Assembly (NCBI GenBank): GCA_001687465.1
Contig: LVLI01000563.1
Span: forward strand, 1 to 57,127
Reading direction: 5' to 3'
Length of the DNA stretch: 57,127 nt
Source: Halocafeteria seosinensis
Taxonomy: Eukaryota
This document shows, in pieces, positions 11,287 through 23,218 of the stretch. Under the pieces are notes generated by a model, which worked only from the letters and a program-made list of their open reading frames with translations, made no database searches and had not been told where the DNA came from. Numbering within the stretch: position 1 is the stretch's first letter; every line of letters begins with the position of its first letter. Both the position numbers and the translations under genes were made by a program.

Positions 11287-14200
11287 TCAAAGGTACAATG
11301 AAGCGGCAAAGATAATATCACGACGCATCTTCTCTGATGAATCGGCAAACTTTTCCTGTAGTTTTGTATCTCCAATACTGCGAGCAGCATCCGAAAGTTG
11401 TCGGAGCAGCTCTTCCAGACGTCGCATGACTCTTACGATCGAGCCTTCAAACACCTTCGTCATCTGGCAAATGTCTGCAAATTTAGACCCCATTACCCAT
11501 GCGTACACAAGTTCCATGATATCAGGCTTAAAGCTGTTGACGTATTCTTCAATGTCAATATCAAGCTTTGCTTCTTTGGATACTGTGGCGATCCTCCTGG
11601 CTGCTTCCTGCAGCTTCCGGAACGGTTCTGCTAAATGATGGGGAAGCTGAGGAGGATCGTCATTGTTCCGCTCGGTATAGACCAAACAGCTAAGCAGAGC
11701 AGCAGTTTGGGCCGGTGTAAGATCATTGAACACACCGTTGAAAATCAATTCCGTCACCAGCAATTCATCCGCCGTGTTAATTTCACAAGCTGTTTTCCCT
11801 TTCATTTGAACGATATTATCATCATCAATGTGCTTTAACCTACGTAACACACGCTTCATTCTCCTGAGGGTGTCTTTCATAACCAATGTCTCCGTTCCTT
11901 TAATAGCTTCCTTCAGATACTGGATCTGAGATTGTAAGCTTTGCTTCTCCTCATACTGTTGGTATCGTTTATTTCGGTCGTCCTTCGATAAACTTTGCAC
12001 ATAAGACTTGGTTATCTTATCTTGCAGTGACCCTATTTTTTTCACCAGCTTCTTAAACTTGTCGTCTTCAATTCGCATGTCGTTTATCGGGTCAAGTAAG
12101 GGTAACGAATTGGGGTATCTTTTCTTTATTTCGGATACCCGTCGTGCTACTTCTTGCCTTGCTTCACTCGGCCTTAAATCTTTTGGCAGATAAACCCGCA
12201 ATTGGGAGAATCCATCAAGGAGTGAAAGCAGAACAGGAACAACGCGTAGCTCACCTCTTCCCTGTGCAGCCAATTCAGGAGGACACGGCTTAGGCTTTTC
12301 TCGCCGCTGAATCGACCCAGCCGATCCTTCTTTAACTGGGTCACAAAGGAGAAGACAATCTAATACCACAGATTTCGGATCATTCTCATTTTTCTTTCCC
12401 TCTGTATTTTTATTTCTCTGATAATTCACGATGACTCCCCATCCCCAGTCTTCTTCCTTGTCTCGAACGCGCACCAACCTTCCCGGCTGAAGAAAAGGCA
12501 GAGAATACGCAGGCTGATTGATATATTGCCTCATCGCAGCTCGAAGCTTAGCCATTTGACACGTCATTTCATAATACTCTGAGACTTCCTTTTCGTCGTC
12601 AATCTGTATATCTTCCATCTGTTTTTCCAACTTCTGCAATTCTCGTTTCATTTCCGGCGCAGCCTGCCGATTTTGAAACTGATGCAAACTTTGTTCCATT
12701 ACTTTTTCAGGATCCACATCTTCTACACGTAGGAGATTAAGTAGCATATTGTATCCTAAATGAAAGCTGGAGTTTAGGGGATCCGGAGTGCCTTTCATAA
12801 GCTGTTTAGCAGAGGAGGGCTCCATCTTCTCGTCTACAATCTGAATTACGATACCTCGGTCGTCTATACCACGACGTCCAGCACGTCCTGACATCTGTAT
12901 GTATTCTCCAGCAGACACTAGTCGAAAAGAACTTCCGTCGAATTTGCGACACGCAGTAAAAACGACAGTTTTCGCAGGCATATTAACCCCCATAGCGAAT
13001 GTCTCTGTAGCAAATAGCACTTTAATTAAAGACTCTTGAAATAAAATCTCCGTAATCTCTTTTAGAATGGGCAAAAGACCACCATGATGAATCCCAACTC
13101 CCTTTTTAAGCAATGGAAGAATTGCGTGGATTTGCGGAAGCTTTTTATCGTCCTCCGAAAGCCCATCAATGGCATTATTGAAAACCGTTTCGATTAGTTG
13201 CTTTTCATCATCGGTGGTAAAATCTAAGCGAGATATTTGTAGGGCATATGATTCACACTCTCGCTTGGAAAAGCTGAAAACAATGACAGGGTCATAATTG
13301 CGCTCCATTATCATTTTCAGCAAGCGATATAGATCTGTCTGACCAGATTTTCCTTTCGATTGGCTTTTTTGTTGCTTCCCTTTCTTTTTGTTTCCCTTAC
13401 CTCCCGAATCCTCGCCCATCTCTTCCTCCTCCAGTTGTGCCATTGCTTTAGAGAAATTATCTTCCCGGAAACGACCCTTTTCATCCACTACTAAATAGAC
13501 ACCATCACCACCAGACGGGAAAACATAATGCTGAAGTGGCGTTGGGCGGTAATCCGTGTACACGACGTGGCAAGGTTGATGCTTTACCGAGGCGATCCAT
13601 TCAGCGAACTGTTTTGCGTTCGGAATTGTGGCCGAAAGGAACACAAATCGAACCTGAGGGGGAAGCATAATGATCGACTCTTCCCATACCACCCCTCGTT
13701 CCTTGTCGCGCATATAATGCACTTCATCGAAGATCACCCATTTTACTTCCCGTGTAATTTCACTTCCTCGATATAGCATGGACCGAAGAATCTCTGTTGT
13801 CATTACAAGACACGACGCATTAGGACTAATCGATACATCTCCCGTCATTAGTCCAACATCAGAAAACTCCTCGTAGAGATCTCTGTATTTCTGGTTGCTA
13901 AGCGCTTTGATCGGTGAAGTATAGATGACTCGCTGTTTGTCTCTGAGAGCCATCGCAATAGCATACTCAGCAACGACAGTCTTACCAGCTGCACCGATGT
14001 AGAAAGAGAAGAAAAAATAACGTGAAAGAAGTATGCTATATTCGCCAAAACACCTCCAACAATCCTTACCCGACGTATGTGCTGCAACAAGCACACTTTC
14101 GCTTCGTTCCAAGCAGGCTATCGACCGCCTTTGGAAAGGGTCCAAGTCAAACTTATACTCCTTCGCCATTTTGGATGGTAGAGAGTCATCAAGTTCATCT

Positions 14201-14649
14201 GGCTTTGCTCCCCCTTGCTCTCCGCTATCCTGTGTTTCCTCTTCAGGGCGTGCAACGTCATGAATTGCTTCCTTGGAGGCTTCCCCGACTTGGGAGCCAG
14301 CTTCATCCAACTGGGACAGCAAAGTAACTTGTTCGCCCTCCACTTTTGGTCGCTTTGCACCATTCTGCGTCTCCCCATTATCCTCATTATCCTCCTCGTC
14401 TCGTGAAGTCTTCTTGTTTATCCTTGTATTGGCAGCAGAAGATGGTGTCTGCTGCTGCTCCTCCTCCTCCTGTGCTTGCTCCCAAATCTGTTTAGCACCC
14501 TTACTAGGTTCATCCTCCTTCTCTGTCTCTTGCACAGGTTTATCGTCATCATTGGGTTGACGCGTTTGTCGATTATACTGTGCTAAAAGCTTTTCTTCCT
14601 CCTCTTCATCAACCTCCTCCTCTTCATTGAACACGTCAAACGCATCCAT
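11287..14649 (-). CDS. MTR4: Exosome RNA helicase MTR4 (Ski2-like DExH)
   Basis: AHTSAGKT after removing the 81-nt in-frame intron 13989-14069; DEVH, SAT, QMSGRAGRRG, arch/KOW domain and C-terminal RRDIIFAASLYL. Confidence 0.96.
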   Translation of the reverse strand: MDAFDVFNEEEEVDEEEEEKLLAQYNRQTRQPNDDDKPVQETEKEDEPSKGAKQIWEQAQEEEEQQQTPSSAANTRINKKTSRDEEDNEDNGETQNGAKRPKVEGEQVTLLSQLDEAGSQVGEASKEAIHDVARPEEETQDSGEQGGAKPDELDDSLPSKMAKEYKFDLDPFQRRSIACLERSESVLVAAHTSGKDCWRCFGEYSILLSRYFFFSFYIGAAGKTVVAEYAIAMALRDKQRVIYTSPIKALSNQKYRDLYEEFSDVGLMTGDVSISPNASCLVMTTEILRSMLYRGSEITREVKWVIFDEVHYMRDKERGVVWEESIIMLPPQVRFVFLSATIPNAKQFAEWIASVKHQPCHVVYTDYRPTPLQHYVFPSGGDGVYLVVDEKGRFREDNFSKAMAQLEEEEMGEDSGGKGNKKKGKQQKSQSKGKSGQTDLYRLLKMIMERNYDPVIVFSFSKRECESYALQISRLDFTTDDEKQLIETVFNNAIDGLSEDDKKLPQIHAILPLLKKGVGIHHGGLLPILKEITEILFQESLIKVLFATETFAMGVNMPAKTVVFTACRKFDGSSFRLVSAGEYIQMSGRAGRRGIDDRGIVIQIVDEKMEPSSAKQLMKGTPDPLNSSFHLGYNMLLNLLRVEDVDPEKVMEQSLHQFQNRQAAPEMKRELQKLEKQMEDIQIDDEKEVSEYYEMTCQMAKLRAAMRQYINQPAYSLPFLQPGRLVRVRDKEEDWGWGVIVNYQRNKNTEGKKNENDPKSVVLDCLLLCDPVKEGSAGSIQRREKPKPCPPELAAQGRGELRVVPVLLSLLDGFSQLRVYLPKDLRPSEARQEVARRVSEIKKRYPNSLPLLDPINDMRIEDDKFKKLVKKIGSLQDKITKSYVQSLSKDDRNKRYQQYEEKQSLQSQIQYLKEAIKGTETLVMKDTLRRMKRVLRRLKHIDDDNIVQMKGKTACEINTADELLVTELIFNGVFNDLTPAQTAALLSCLVYTERNNDDPPQLPHHLAEPFRKLQEAARRIATVSKEAKLDIDIEEYVNSFKPDIMELVYAWVMGSKFADICQMTKVFEGSIVRVMRRLEELLRQLSDAARSIGDTKLQEKFADSSEKMRRDIIFAASLYL

Positions 14650-15889
14650 TATGGACCACTACTACCCACTGTATCCCCGATGATGTACCTCTTCTTTGTT
14701 ATAAGGTACACTCAGTGACCTACATACAATTCGTTTGTTTCATGTTATGTGGTATACAGTAGAGGGAGGAAGGGGGGCTGTGAGTATGGTGTCAGTCCGT
14801 CCTCGGTCTGGCTGAGCAAGGCGTGCGGCCGGGCCGCCGTGACAAGCACAAGACTTGGTTCATTTCGTTAACCGGAGAACGTCGTGGCGTTTCAGAGATG
14901 GAAGCAACATAATGGGATGCCGAAGTGGTTGATTACGCCAATGAGAATTTCTTATGCAAATAAACGTGGAACGGGGAATTCACACCGGTAGTAACTGAGT
15001 GTAACTACACACACTGTAGCAACTGCTGGTGGGCCATCAGTCACATTTTCGTCGACACTGTACTACCATACGTCTGAGATGAGATGATCAAATACGGTGT
15101 ATGGTATGCTCTCACGCCACACCATACACTGCATACAGAGACATGGCAGATAAGTCCACTATCCGTCGCACCCGTCCAAAGACCTCGACACTCAACACAT
15201 ATATTCCGAACGGTGAAAGTATTTCGACTTTGACCAAATATACGATGCTGCATGCCCCTTTGTTCTGAATAACAATCAAATATACATATGTAAAATGCTC
15301 TAAGAATTAATAATATCGTTCGATACTCGTTCATTGTGCGATGGTATCTGACGAAAATAACTTGGAATTACAACTAAGATTCTCCGCGTGTGAAAGAGCT
15401 CACTTGATGGCCAAATAAGCATATACGGGAACATAAGCCATATATTCAAATATTAAAATATGATTTTACGGATTGAATAGCAGCTCTGTGTATGAATTAT
15501 ACTGTAAACGGTCGTGATTCCGAAGTGCGGAATTCGGAAATGACAGCGTTTATTCAAGGACTTAAACGACGGTTAAAATCACTAAAACAGAGCGCAACGT
15601 CAGCATACAGTTTACATTACACATAAAATGTTTTTTTGAGGGAGAAATAACCACCATATCGGCAATTCTTGTATTGTTGAAACAACTTCCACTGTGCTAC
15701 AAGTGGTTGGTCCTGGGTTATTTCAATGTGATTTCACGTTGATGTGGTATACCAAAGTGTGTGCAATTATTTACTGAATATACCCACATTTGTTTTGTTG
15801 CAAAGCGTTAAATAATAAAGGTACTAAGTTGACTCAACAAAATGGAGCCGGGAGTTCTTTGCGACCCCATGTACAATACAGTACGTAGA

Positions 15890-17457
15890 CTATATGTGAA
15901 CACTACGGGACAGCCCTTGCACCCTATTAAGGAGCATATCGCCGTGCTTAATGACCTCCTGATACTGCGCGTTCTTGGCGTCTGGCCGAGTGGTCTCGAT
16001 GACACCTCGAATCTTATCGATTCGAGCATTCAGCCGGCGGGCGGCTATGAACCGTGAAAGTTCAGAATCCAGGAATTGCACGCCTATGCCAAATGCTTTG
16101 GCCATACCTTGCATCGTCACACTCTTGTATGCATCCAGAAATTGTGAATACGCACGAATGCGCATTTCACGAATAAGATAACTGGCATGGTCGGCCAGGT
16201 ATCGCTCTCTACGGAGGTAAGGCTCGATGGACACCAGGGATTCCATGAACTTTGCATATCTACATTCATATAAGGAGTTGAGAAATTCAGAAAGATGGGG
16301 TACCTCCAATATGACGCTCAAGATGTCAGGCGAATCGACAACCTCTTTTTTCAAACGCACACGATCCAAACACGTCATTGCAACAAGGACTGTATAAAAG
16401 ACGAATGACTTGTAATCGTACATTTCCGTTGCCGTAAAGACAGCAACAGAATTTAGTAGCAACTCGGACGCTTTCTCAAAATCTCGTGTAATCAGATAAT
16501 AAGTCCCTTCGAACACCTTCAAACGGTTCCGTCGATCCCAATCGCCACCTTGATCGTTGAGCCTGCAAGACTCCGAAACAGAATAACTCACGTTGCAGAA
16601 ACAGCGACGGAGAGGGACTACTCTTACTCTTTGGCTTTTTCAGTTTGCTCTCGAATAAGCTTTGTGTCAAAATGGAAAAACCCCGTTAGCGCTTTTTTCA
16701 TAGCCACGTCAACCATTTGTCCTGTTGACAAATGCTTTACTTCTTCAAGAATATCATCGAGAGATTTTATCGCATTTTGTTTGTCTCCTATTCGAATATA
16801 TACGTTTGCGATTCTCATCAGTGCGTCCAAGATCTCAGTATCCCCGTAATTCTCCTTAGCATCCTTCAAAGAATCGCGTTCCTCTTGGAGTGCTTCTTCG
16901 TTGGCTTTCCTGCAATATCAAACAAACGAGGAAGACCCACAACCAAAATTTATCGCATCATGTACTCCTGGTATTTGAGAGTGAAATTCATACCTCATTT
17001 GCTGCAGAAGCGTTTGATCGATGTCGATCCCAGCTTCGTGGCAGATCTTCTCATAGTAAGGGGACATATCTGTATCACAACATTAATTGTTTCAAATCTT
17101 GAGCAGTGCGCACTTCATAAACACGCTATCTGACATACTCTCTTCTTTGACATAGTTCATGAATTGCTCATATACCTCTTGTTTGTTCGGGACAAGGCGT
17201 TCATGTTCTGTGGACAGCACCAACCGATGCCCACAATTGGCTACATGGAAGAGTTTATTGAGCTTCTCGTCCGATTCATTCAAGCTCATCTCCGACGACT
17301 GTTTGGCTTTCTTCTTCTCCTGAGGTGTGCGCCCCGAGGAGGCCCCATCTGAGGCAGCAGCGGCTGCAGCAGAGGAGGCATTGTTGTGTGTGCCCGACAT
17401 GGACACATCTTCCTCCTCTTTCGCACTGTTTTTCTTCGAGCCCTGACGACCCGGCAT
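15890..17457 (-). CDS. RPN7: 26S proteasome lid subunit RPN7/PSMD6, multi-exon
   Basis: GGDWDRRNRLKVFEG and PCI domain ELSRFIAARRLNARIDK...RPDAKNAQYQ; upstream exons KENYGDTEI and STGQMVD. Confidence 0.92.
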
Positions 17458-18779
17458 TCTCTACGACTGTATGACTTTGTCAATGAGATAATGGAGACTA
17501 GTATACACTACTTCCAAGTGACAAATCCTTTGTCTACGGCATAATATGGCACTCTAAAATGATTTCAGTAAGACATACTGAGGGACACATCAATCTTTTC
17601 TGCCATCGCCTCTTCAAGAGTTGAAACTGTGAAGAGAAAAGACTGCGGACCGCACAGGCCACAGAAAACACGCGAAATCAGAGAAACCTACACATGTGTT
17701 AATAATACTCTAGAGGCAGAAATTTTAAGGAACCCAGCGTTTTACCGTACAGTATGCGTGTACAATGAGTCAGTGGACATGCTTCGAGTTTATCATCGGC
17801 GCGCAGGGCAACTGATCACTCCCGAGTTTTCTGCGCGTGGGGTGTATGTAGAATGGAGAAAAGAATGAATCCGTTGGGTAAGCAAAGTGAAAAAAAAAAA
17901 AAAAATAATAATAATAAATGATATGGGTGTTTGCGCTGACCAGGTGCGGAAACCGTTTGTGTGTGGTATGCAAGCATCGAAGGGAATTGTTTTCCCGGCA
18001 AAGCTTGCCGTCAGCGTGGCGACACTGACCTTAGGACATTCGACCGTATAGGTGCGTGGCGGTTTGCACAATTGAAAAGCAAGCGACATCGTTACGGCAC
18101 CGTAAACGACGCATGATCAATTTCAGGGCTGCAGTTCCACAGATGCTAGGTCGATAGATTTCGCTCTCACGGCTGGCATAGCCGTAGCTATATCTAGCGT
18201 AGCACGTAGGCTAGATTTCTTCTGTAGGAGCAACAGTATTGTAACACACAGGTCCACACTCCTCAGTACAGTGCAGTTCAAGAGCAACAAACAAGCGAAC
18301 TCCTGAACTTTCAGGGGACTTCCAACCCTGAGGGAGGCTCGTCGTCTTGCTTGCGTATAAGGAAAGTGCTCTTCCATTTCAAAATCTACATTTTTCTCAG
18401 AACAACGGACAACGTGCGTTGCCTGAATAAACTCTTGTCAGGTTCACAGCTCTTGACGGTTATGGAGAAAAACAAAAGAACACTCCGGTCCGGACTCCGG
18501 CAAGGAGAGAACCGATACTTCAAGTTGTGGCCAACCGGCCACAAAACACAAGAAAAACAATGGCAAAATTACTCTACTCTTGCGTCTTGTCTACTGTTTC
18601 TACTATAGAGTACATACGACACGAAGAAGAAGAAGAAACTGCATTGGAAAGGACAAACCTGTGTGCATCCTCGGACTTCGGGCAAAGGTAAAAGCAAGGC
18701 ATTACACACTCATAGAATGCACGAGGACCCACTAATGCAATAGATACTAACAGTAATGCTTCAAATGCATTGCAGGAAG

Positions 18780-19217
18780 ATGAAAGCGCTCAGAACACTG
18801 GCTCTCGTGAGCATCTGTGGGGTAGCCTGGACTATAGGCGCACAGTCCCAGGAATGCGAGGACTCTCTAGCACGCACAACAGCGGAAGGGGTACTAACGG
18901 GGATTCGCGACAAACTGGAGGAGATCGCAACTATAAAGAAAGAGGTGTACGAAAAAGTGGCAATTGCAAACGCCCAGGTAACTACAAAGTTTGAGGGAGC
19001 CCAAACTACTCCATTCCCCATGCCCAACATGACAGCCCAAGAAGCAGACAACTACAAGAAAACGGAAGTGAACGATATTGACTGCTGGCATTACGACCCT
19101 AACGATGCTTATCCCTATCTAACCCAGCTCCAGAAGAGACTGAAAGACGAGGAGACAGAGCTGAATGACGTGCTGTCCAGTATTCGACAACTGGTGGAAG
19201 ACATAAACGCAAAGTGA
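18780..19217 (+). CDS. Hypothetical small secreted coiled-coil protein
   Basis: Signal-peptide-like MKALRTLALVSICGVAWTIGAQS, then two heptad-like helices and two Cys; preceded by a probable intron (~18688-18775). Confidence 0.5.
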   Translation: MKALRTLALVSICGVAWTIGAQSQECEDSLARTTAEGVLTGIRDKLEEIATIKKEVYEKVAIANAQVTTKFEGAQTTPFPMPNMTAQEADNYKKTEVNDIDCWHYDPNDAYPYLTQLQKRLKDEETELNDVLSSIRQLVEDINAK

Positions 19218-19577
19218 ACAAGCTGAAATTGCCACTGTAAAACTACGTGCACTGGTGAACTGAATGTATCCAAATTGTTTGCTGGTATCTCTTAAATATA
19301 TTATGAAGCTCGAATTAAGCCTTATAACCTGCATAATCAACATGCCGAGTATCGCTTCTAGTAAAGTAGTATCCAAGGAGTCCATCACATTTTTATGTCC
19401 GTTCCACTGTGTTCGAAAATTAACCCACTTGGCGCGTATTACTGAGACCAAGAAACTCGTGCTCTAACGTGTTAACTGGTTACACGCCTCACAGCCACTC
19501 GCAGCGACGATTCTAGCAATTCTTTGAGATCCCAAACTCCCGAGAGCCACCCCCCTGTAATGAAAAGAGATATAGCG

Positions 19578-21270
19578 TCAGAATGAAGTCGTACCGTAGA
19601 ACGGAGGATGTTTCATACCAGAGCGGAGTAAGAACTGGCCTATCCTCTTAGGACCGCTTAAATTATTTTCCTTAGAGAAGTCTTGAACTGACATGTTAGA
19701 AATGAGGGAAGTGATGTATCCCCAGTTGTCAACAAGATACGTGACGTATTGCCCGATAATTACAATGCCGCCTAAGCACGCTAGTACGATAAGAATGGTC
19801 GTCCTTCTCATGCGCAAAATACACATCAACCAATTCGGGCATTTTATGTAAGCTATGAGCACAAGCGCCACCGCAGCAACAAGTATGGTCCTGTTAAGCA
19901 TAAGACGTCAACTAATATCTTCCATAGAGCCATTGAAAAGAGACTGAAACTTACAGCGGTAGAGATGCTTGAACAGTTGCCAAATTCTTGCAGCCATCCA
20001 CACTAGAGAGAGTGACGAATGCTATGTACCATATGTTGGAAGAGAAAAGCCGTAACACATTAACCATCTTAGGCACTGCAGCAACATTTCTATACTTCCA
20101 GTTGAGGAGCCATATGTGAAATCTCTCATTTCCATCGTAATCTTTATGCTTTATCATTCTGACCATTTGGAGTTCGATCCCAAACCCGTAGAACGCAAAT
20201 AAAAGGCACGTTGTTATTGTTACTATCAGGGCGAGTCCTGGTCCAATACCGTTGCCCGACACCCATGCGGTTAAACCACAGGTATCTTCCTCCGTCAATT
20301 TGACTAGGCTATCCTTAGGTGAAAAGTCGTCGTTATTTTTCAGACACTGCTGGATGGAGACGTTACTTCTCCGTAAGTTAGTCTCATACGGTTCCGTCGC
20401 TCGCTTGCGAAAATTGATAAAGGTGACATTGAACTGTTTTGAATTGAAGAAAGCGGAAGCATTATATCCTATTAAGTTGCATGTGGGGCTTTTCATTGCT
20501 GAGCTCAATGCGTCATCAAATGCCTCAGTCGAGCATAAGATGGTTCTCGGTGTAAACATGAGGTCACCGAACGCTTTTGCTTCCACATTTTGGGGGAAAT
20601 TCTCAAACACTCCTACGGGAGAGTATACAAAGCAGTTTTCATTCAGAATCTCTCCCGCTTCTATGTAAGCACCCAGCACACTGGCCAACACAAAAGTCGC
20701 GCGAATTATCAACAGGGCAAGCGCTTTTCTATGGTTTCCTAGGATAGCATTGTAATAAGGGTTGGTCAACAGCGCCAAGCGTTTTACACAAGTGGAGTCG
20801 GGTTCCTCATATTCCACCACTCTTACTTCCTCAACAGTCTGCTCAGTGTCATTCTCCGTGTCTCGTTCCTTTTTGCCTTCATCTTCTGGGCTTTCCGAAG
20901 TCTGTCTTCCCTTTTTTGGATCCTCTACTTGGATTTCTACTTCATTGGTGCTTTCGTCTTCCGCTGTCCTGTAAATGTGCGCTGCTGTCAACGAGGCGGG
21001 AGTGGTAGGTAGTCTTTCAGCATCCACACCATTGAATTGTAAGGCATTCCCTTCCTCTGCCTTACTCATTTCGGTGTCGTCCTTCTTAGCTCGACTATCT
21101 TCTGCTATCTTGTAGACCTGATGTCGACTCTCTTCTGACTTCTGCTCCACGGAGGCGCTGTTGCTACGAATGCCGTTCCTCGCGCCATCGGCCCCATCAT
21201 TGCTTCCCGCTCCTCCAGAGGGAGTCCCATTTGCGTTTGTATCATAATCGGCCGATGATCCGCGAGTCAT
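19578..21270 (-). CDS. Hypothetical multi-pass membrane protein (3' end uncertain)
   Basis: 439-aa exon with an acidic N-terminus, hydrophobic segments and a Cys/N-glycosylation-rich loop; a GTAAGT donor at ~19954 leads to a further hydrophobic exon at 19578-19901. Confidence 0.55.
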
Positions 21271-21525
21271 TCGCGGTCGGGCCGAATCCGCAAATTCAAG
21301 TTGAATTATTCAACAACCTACCTGAGGTGGGGTGTTTGAGACTCAGAGGTATACGCACGCGGTATACACCATTTGTTGCGTTCGAATACTTGATTTGCAT
21401 GTCTATGTATGAGCGAATTTTAAAATACTTCAACCGGGTTTTCTTGCCCTATAAACGAGCCAGTTCCAGAGACGTGCGCCAAAAGTTGGCCCAAAACTCT
21501 TTCTCTTTCTTAGCACCCCCGTGCG

Positions 21526-21529
<4 letters not shown>

Positions 21530-21565
<36 letters not shown>
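21530..21565. repeat. (CA)n microsatellite, ~18 units
   Basis: Directly visible perfect CA run between divergent genes. Confidence 0.95.
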
Positions 21566-21566
<1 letters not shown>

Positions 21567-21651
21567 GGGGATTCATGACAGCAGTGTGCGTGTAGGTAGC
21601 TATCTATATATCTGGGTGCCGCTGGTATTATGGGAAATCACTGGAGCTTCT

Positions 21652-22429
21652 ATGTCTCGCGCATTGTTTGGTAAGCAACACTGCAACTTCCTTGTTGAGG
21701 AGCTTCCCAGTATACACTCGTGTGCTTTCCTTTGCAGCAACATAGTGGGCAATGTGTACCCAGCCTATGCCTCCTACAGAGCTGTATCGACAGGATCCCC
21801 TAGTGAGCACAAGCAGTGGCTAACGTACTGGATCATCAACACCTTCTTCACGATATTTGAAATCGTAGCCGATGTATTAATATCATGGTAAGTACCAAAC
21901 TGGCAGACTGCATAAGGCCATGCATTGCGAGTTTCACCCCCTGTTGTAATGCAGGGTACCACTCTACTATGAAGCGAAAATCGCGTTTATCCTTTGGTTG
22001 ACCTTGCCTAGGTTTCGAGGTGCTACGTGGCTCTACGAGAAGGTTGTAGCGAAATATTTGGAAGCCTACGAGGCCGACATCGATGCCCATTTGGATACGT
22101 TACAAAGAACAGCTGGAGAAAGGATAAATCACATTACGAGGCAAGGATCCGAACACATTCGGCAGAAGAGTGGACAGATTCTAAGCATGATGGCCACACT
22201 GGTTGCCCAAGCTGGTCAACATACACCCCAGGAAGGATTACAAGCGCCCTCCCTAACTTCGCCAACGGAAGCGGGGGCTAACACGGCACCTGCATCATCC
22301 GTATCGACAGCTCAACAGTCTCGATCGTCCTCCTCGGTACCAGTTTCCAGCCCAAAGAGTCCAAGCACAGCTCGAATCGAAGAACGCATGAGGCATCGAA
22401 GGGGACAAAGTGGGTTTCCAGCAGAATGA
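21652..22429 (+). CDS. TB2/DP1/HVA22 (REEP/YOP1) family ER-shaping protein, 3 exons
   Basis: VGNVYPAYASYRA, QWLTYWII, W|VPLYYEAKIAFILWLTLPRFRGATWLY; the start codon is tentative. Confidence 0.85.
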
Positions 22430-23218
22430 TTTTGAATTTACTTAAGGATACAGAGAGGGATTCCCTCATGTCTTGAGCTGGCATACCGCCACCACGTCTC
22501 ATCAGGACTCTCCTTTCTCACTGAGTCGTGTCGCACAGTGTCTGTGGTCGAGAAATTTGACGAGAATGCTCAAAACTGCTAAGCCGTGGACCCTCGAAGC
22601 AATATTAATATTTGCTGGCGGTAATCAAAAAGGAAAGAAAAACACTTATTCATTTCGCAATTTCGCCTTTCTGGCGAATTTTGTCTGAGGTGCGCCCAAC
22701 TTCAAGGAGTCTTCGGGGTACGAATCGTCCTTCTCACGCGTTAGTTTAGCAAAATCAATACGTATTGATAGTCTGCACGGAGTCCGCCTTACCGGCCCGA
22801 TCGCAGTGCGGAAGCATAAACTACTGCAAGGAAGGTTCTTTCCTCTAACGTTTATTCGCATCTGTACCCCCTTTTTCATTAGGTATGTGTACCACACTCA
22901 AATTTTTTCCGTTTACTTTCCCCTCCAGGGGCCACAAGGCCCTCTTTACGAATCACAAAAAGACTCGGGTACCGCCCTTCCCCTTGACTCCCCCTGGCCG
23001 TTGGGCCTAAGGGTCTCTCGAGGGTTTGCTCTGCTTGTACGCATCATACAAGTGAAATAGGGTACCTTAAATACCTTATGTAGATTCTTTTTCTAATAAC
23101 CCTTGTATATGTTGGATTATTGCAGAATTTTACATGAAATAGAGCATTCAAACACGAGTGAAGTTTTGGAAACGACGTCTGGAGCAGCAAACTTCTGCCG
23201 TTGATTGCTTGTATACGC

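Noticed and set aside
13989..14069. Apparent 27-aa insertion in the MTR4 Walker A motif
   Set aside because: It is a stop-free 81-nt GT-AG intron; removal restores AHTSAGKT.
17500..18750. Short ORFs and a poly-A tract near 17890
   Set aside because: No coherent gene model; the A-run has no associated retro-insertion hallmarks.
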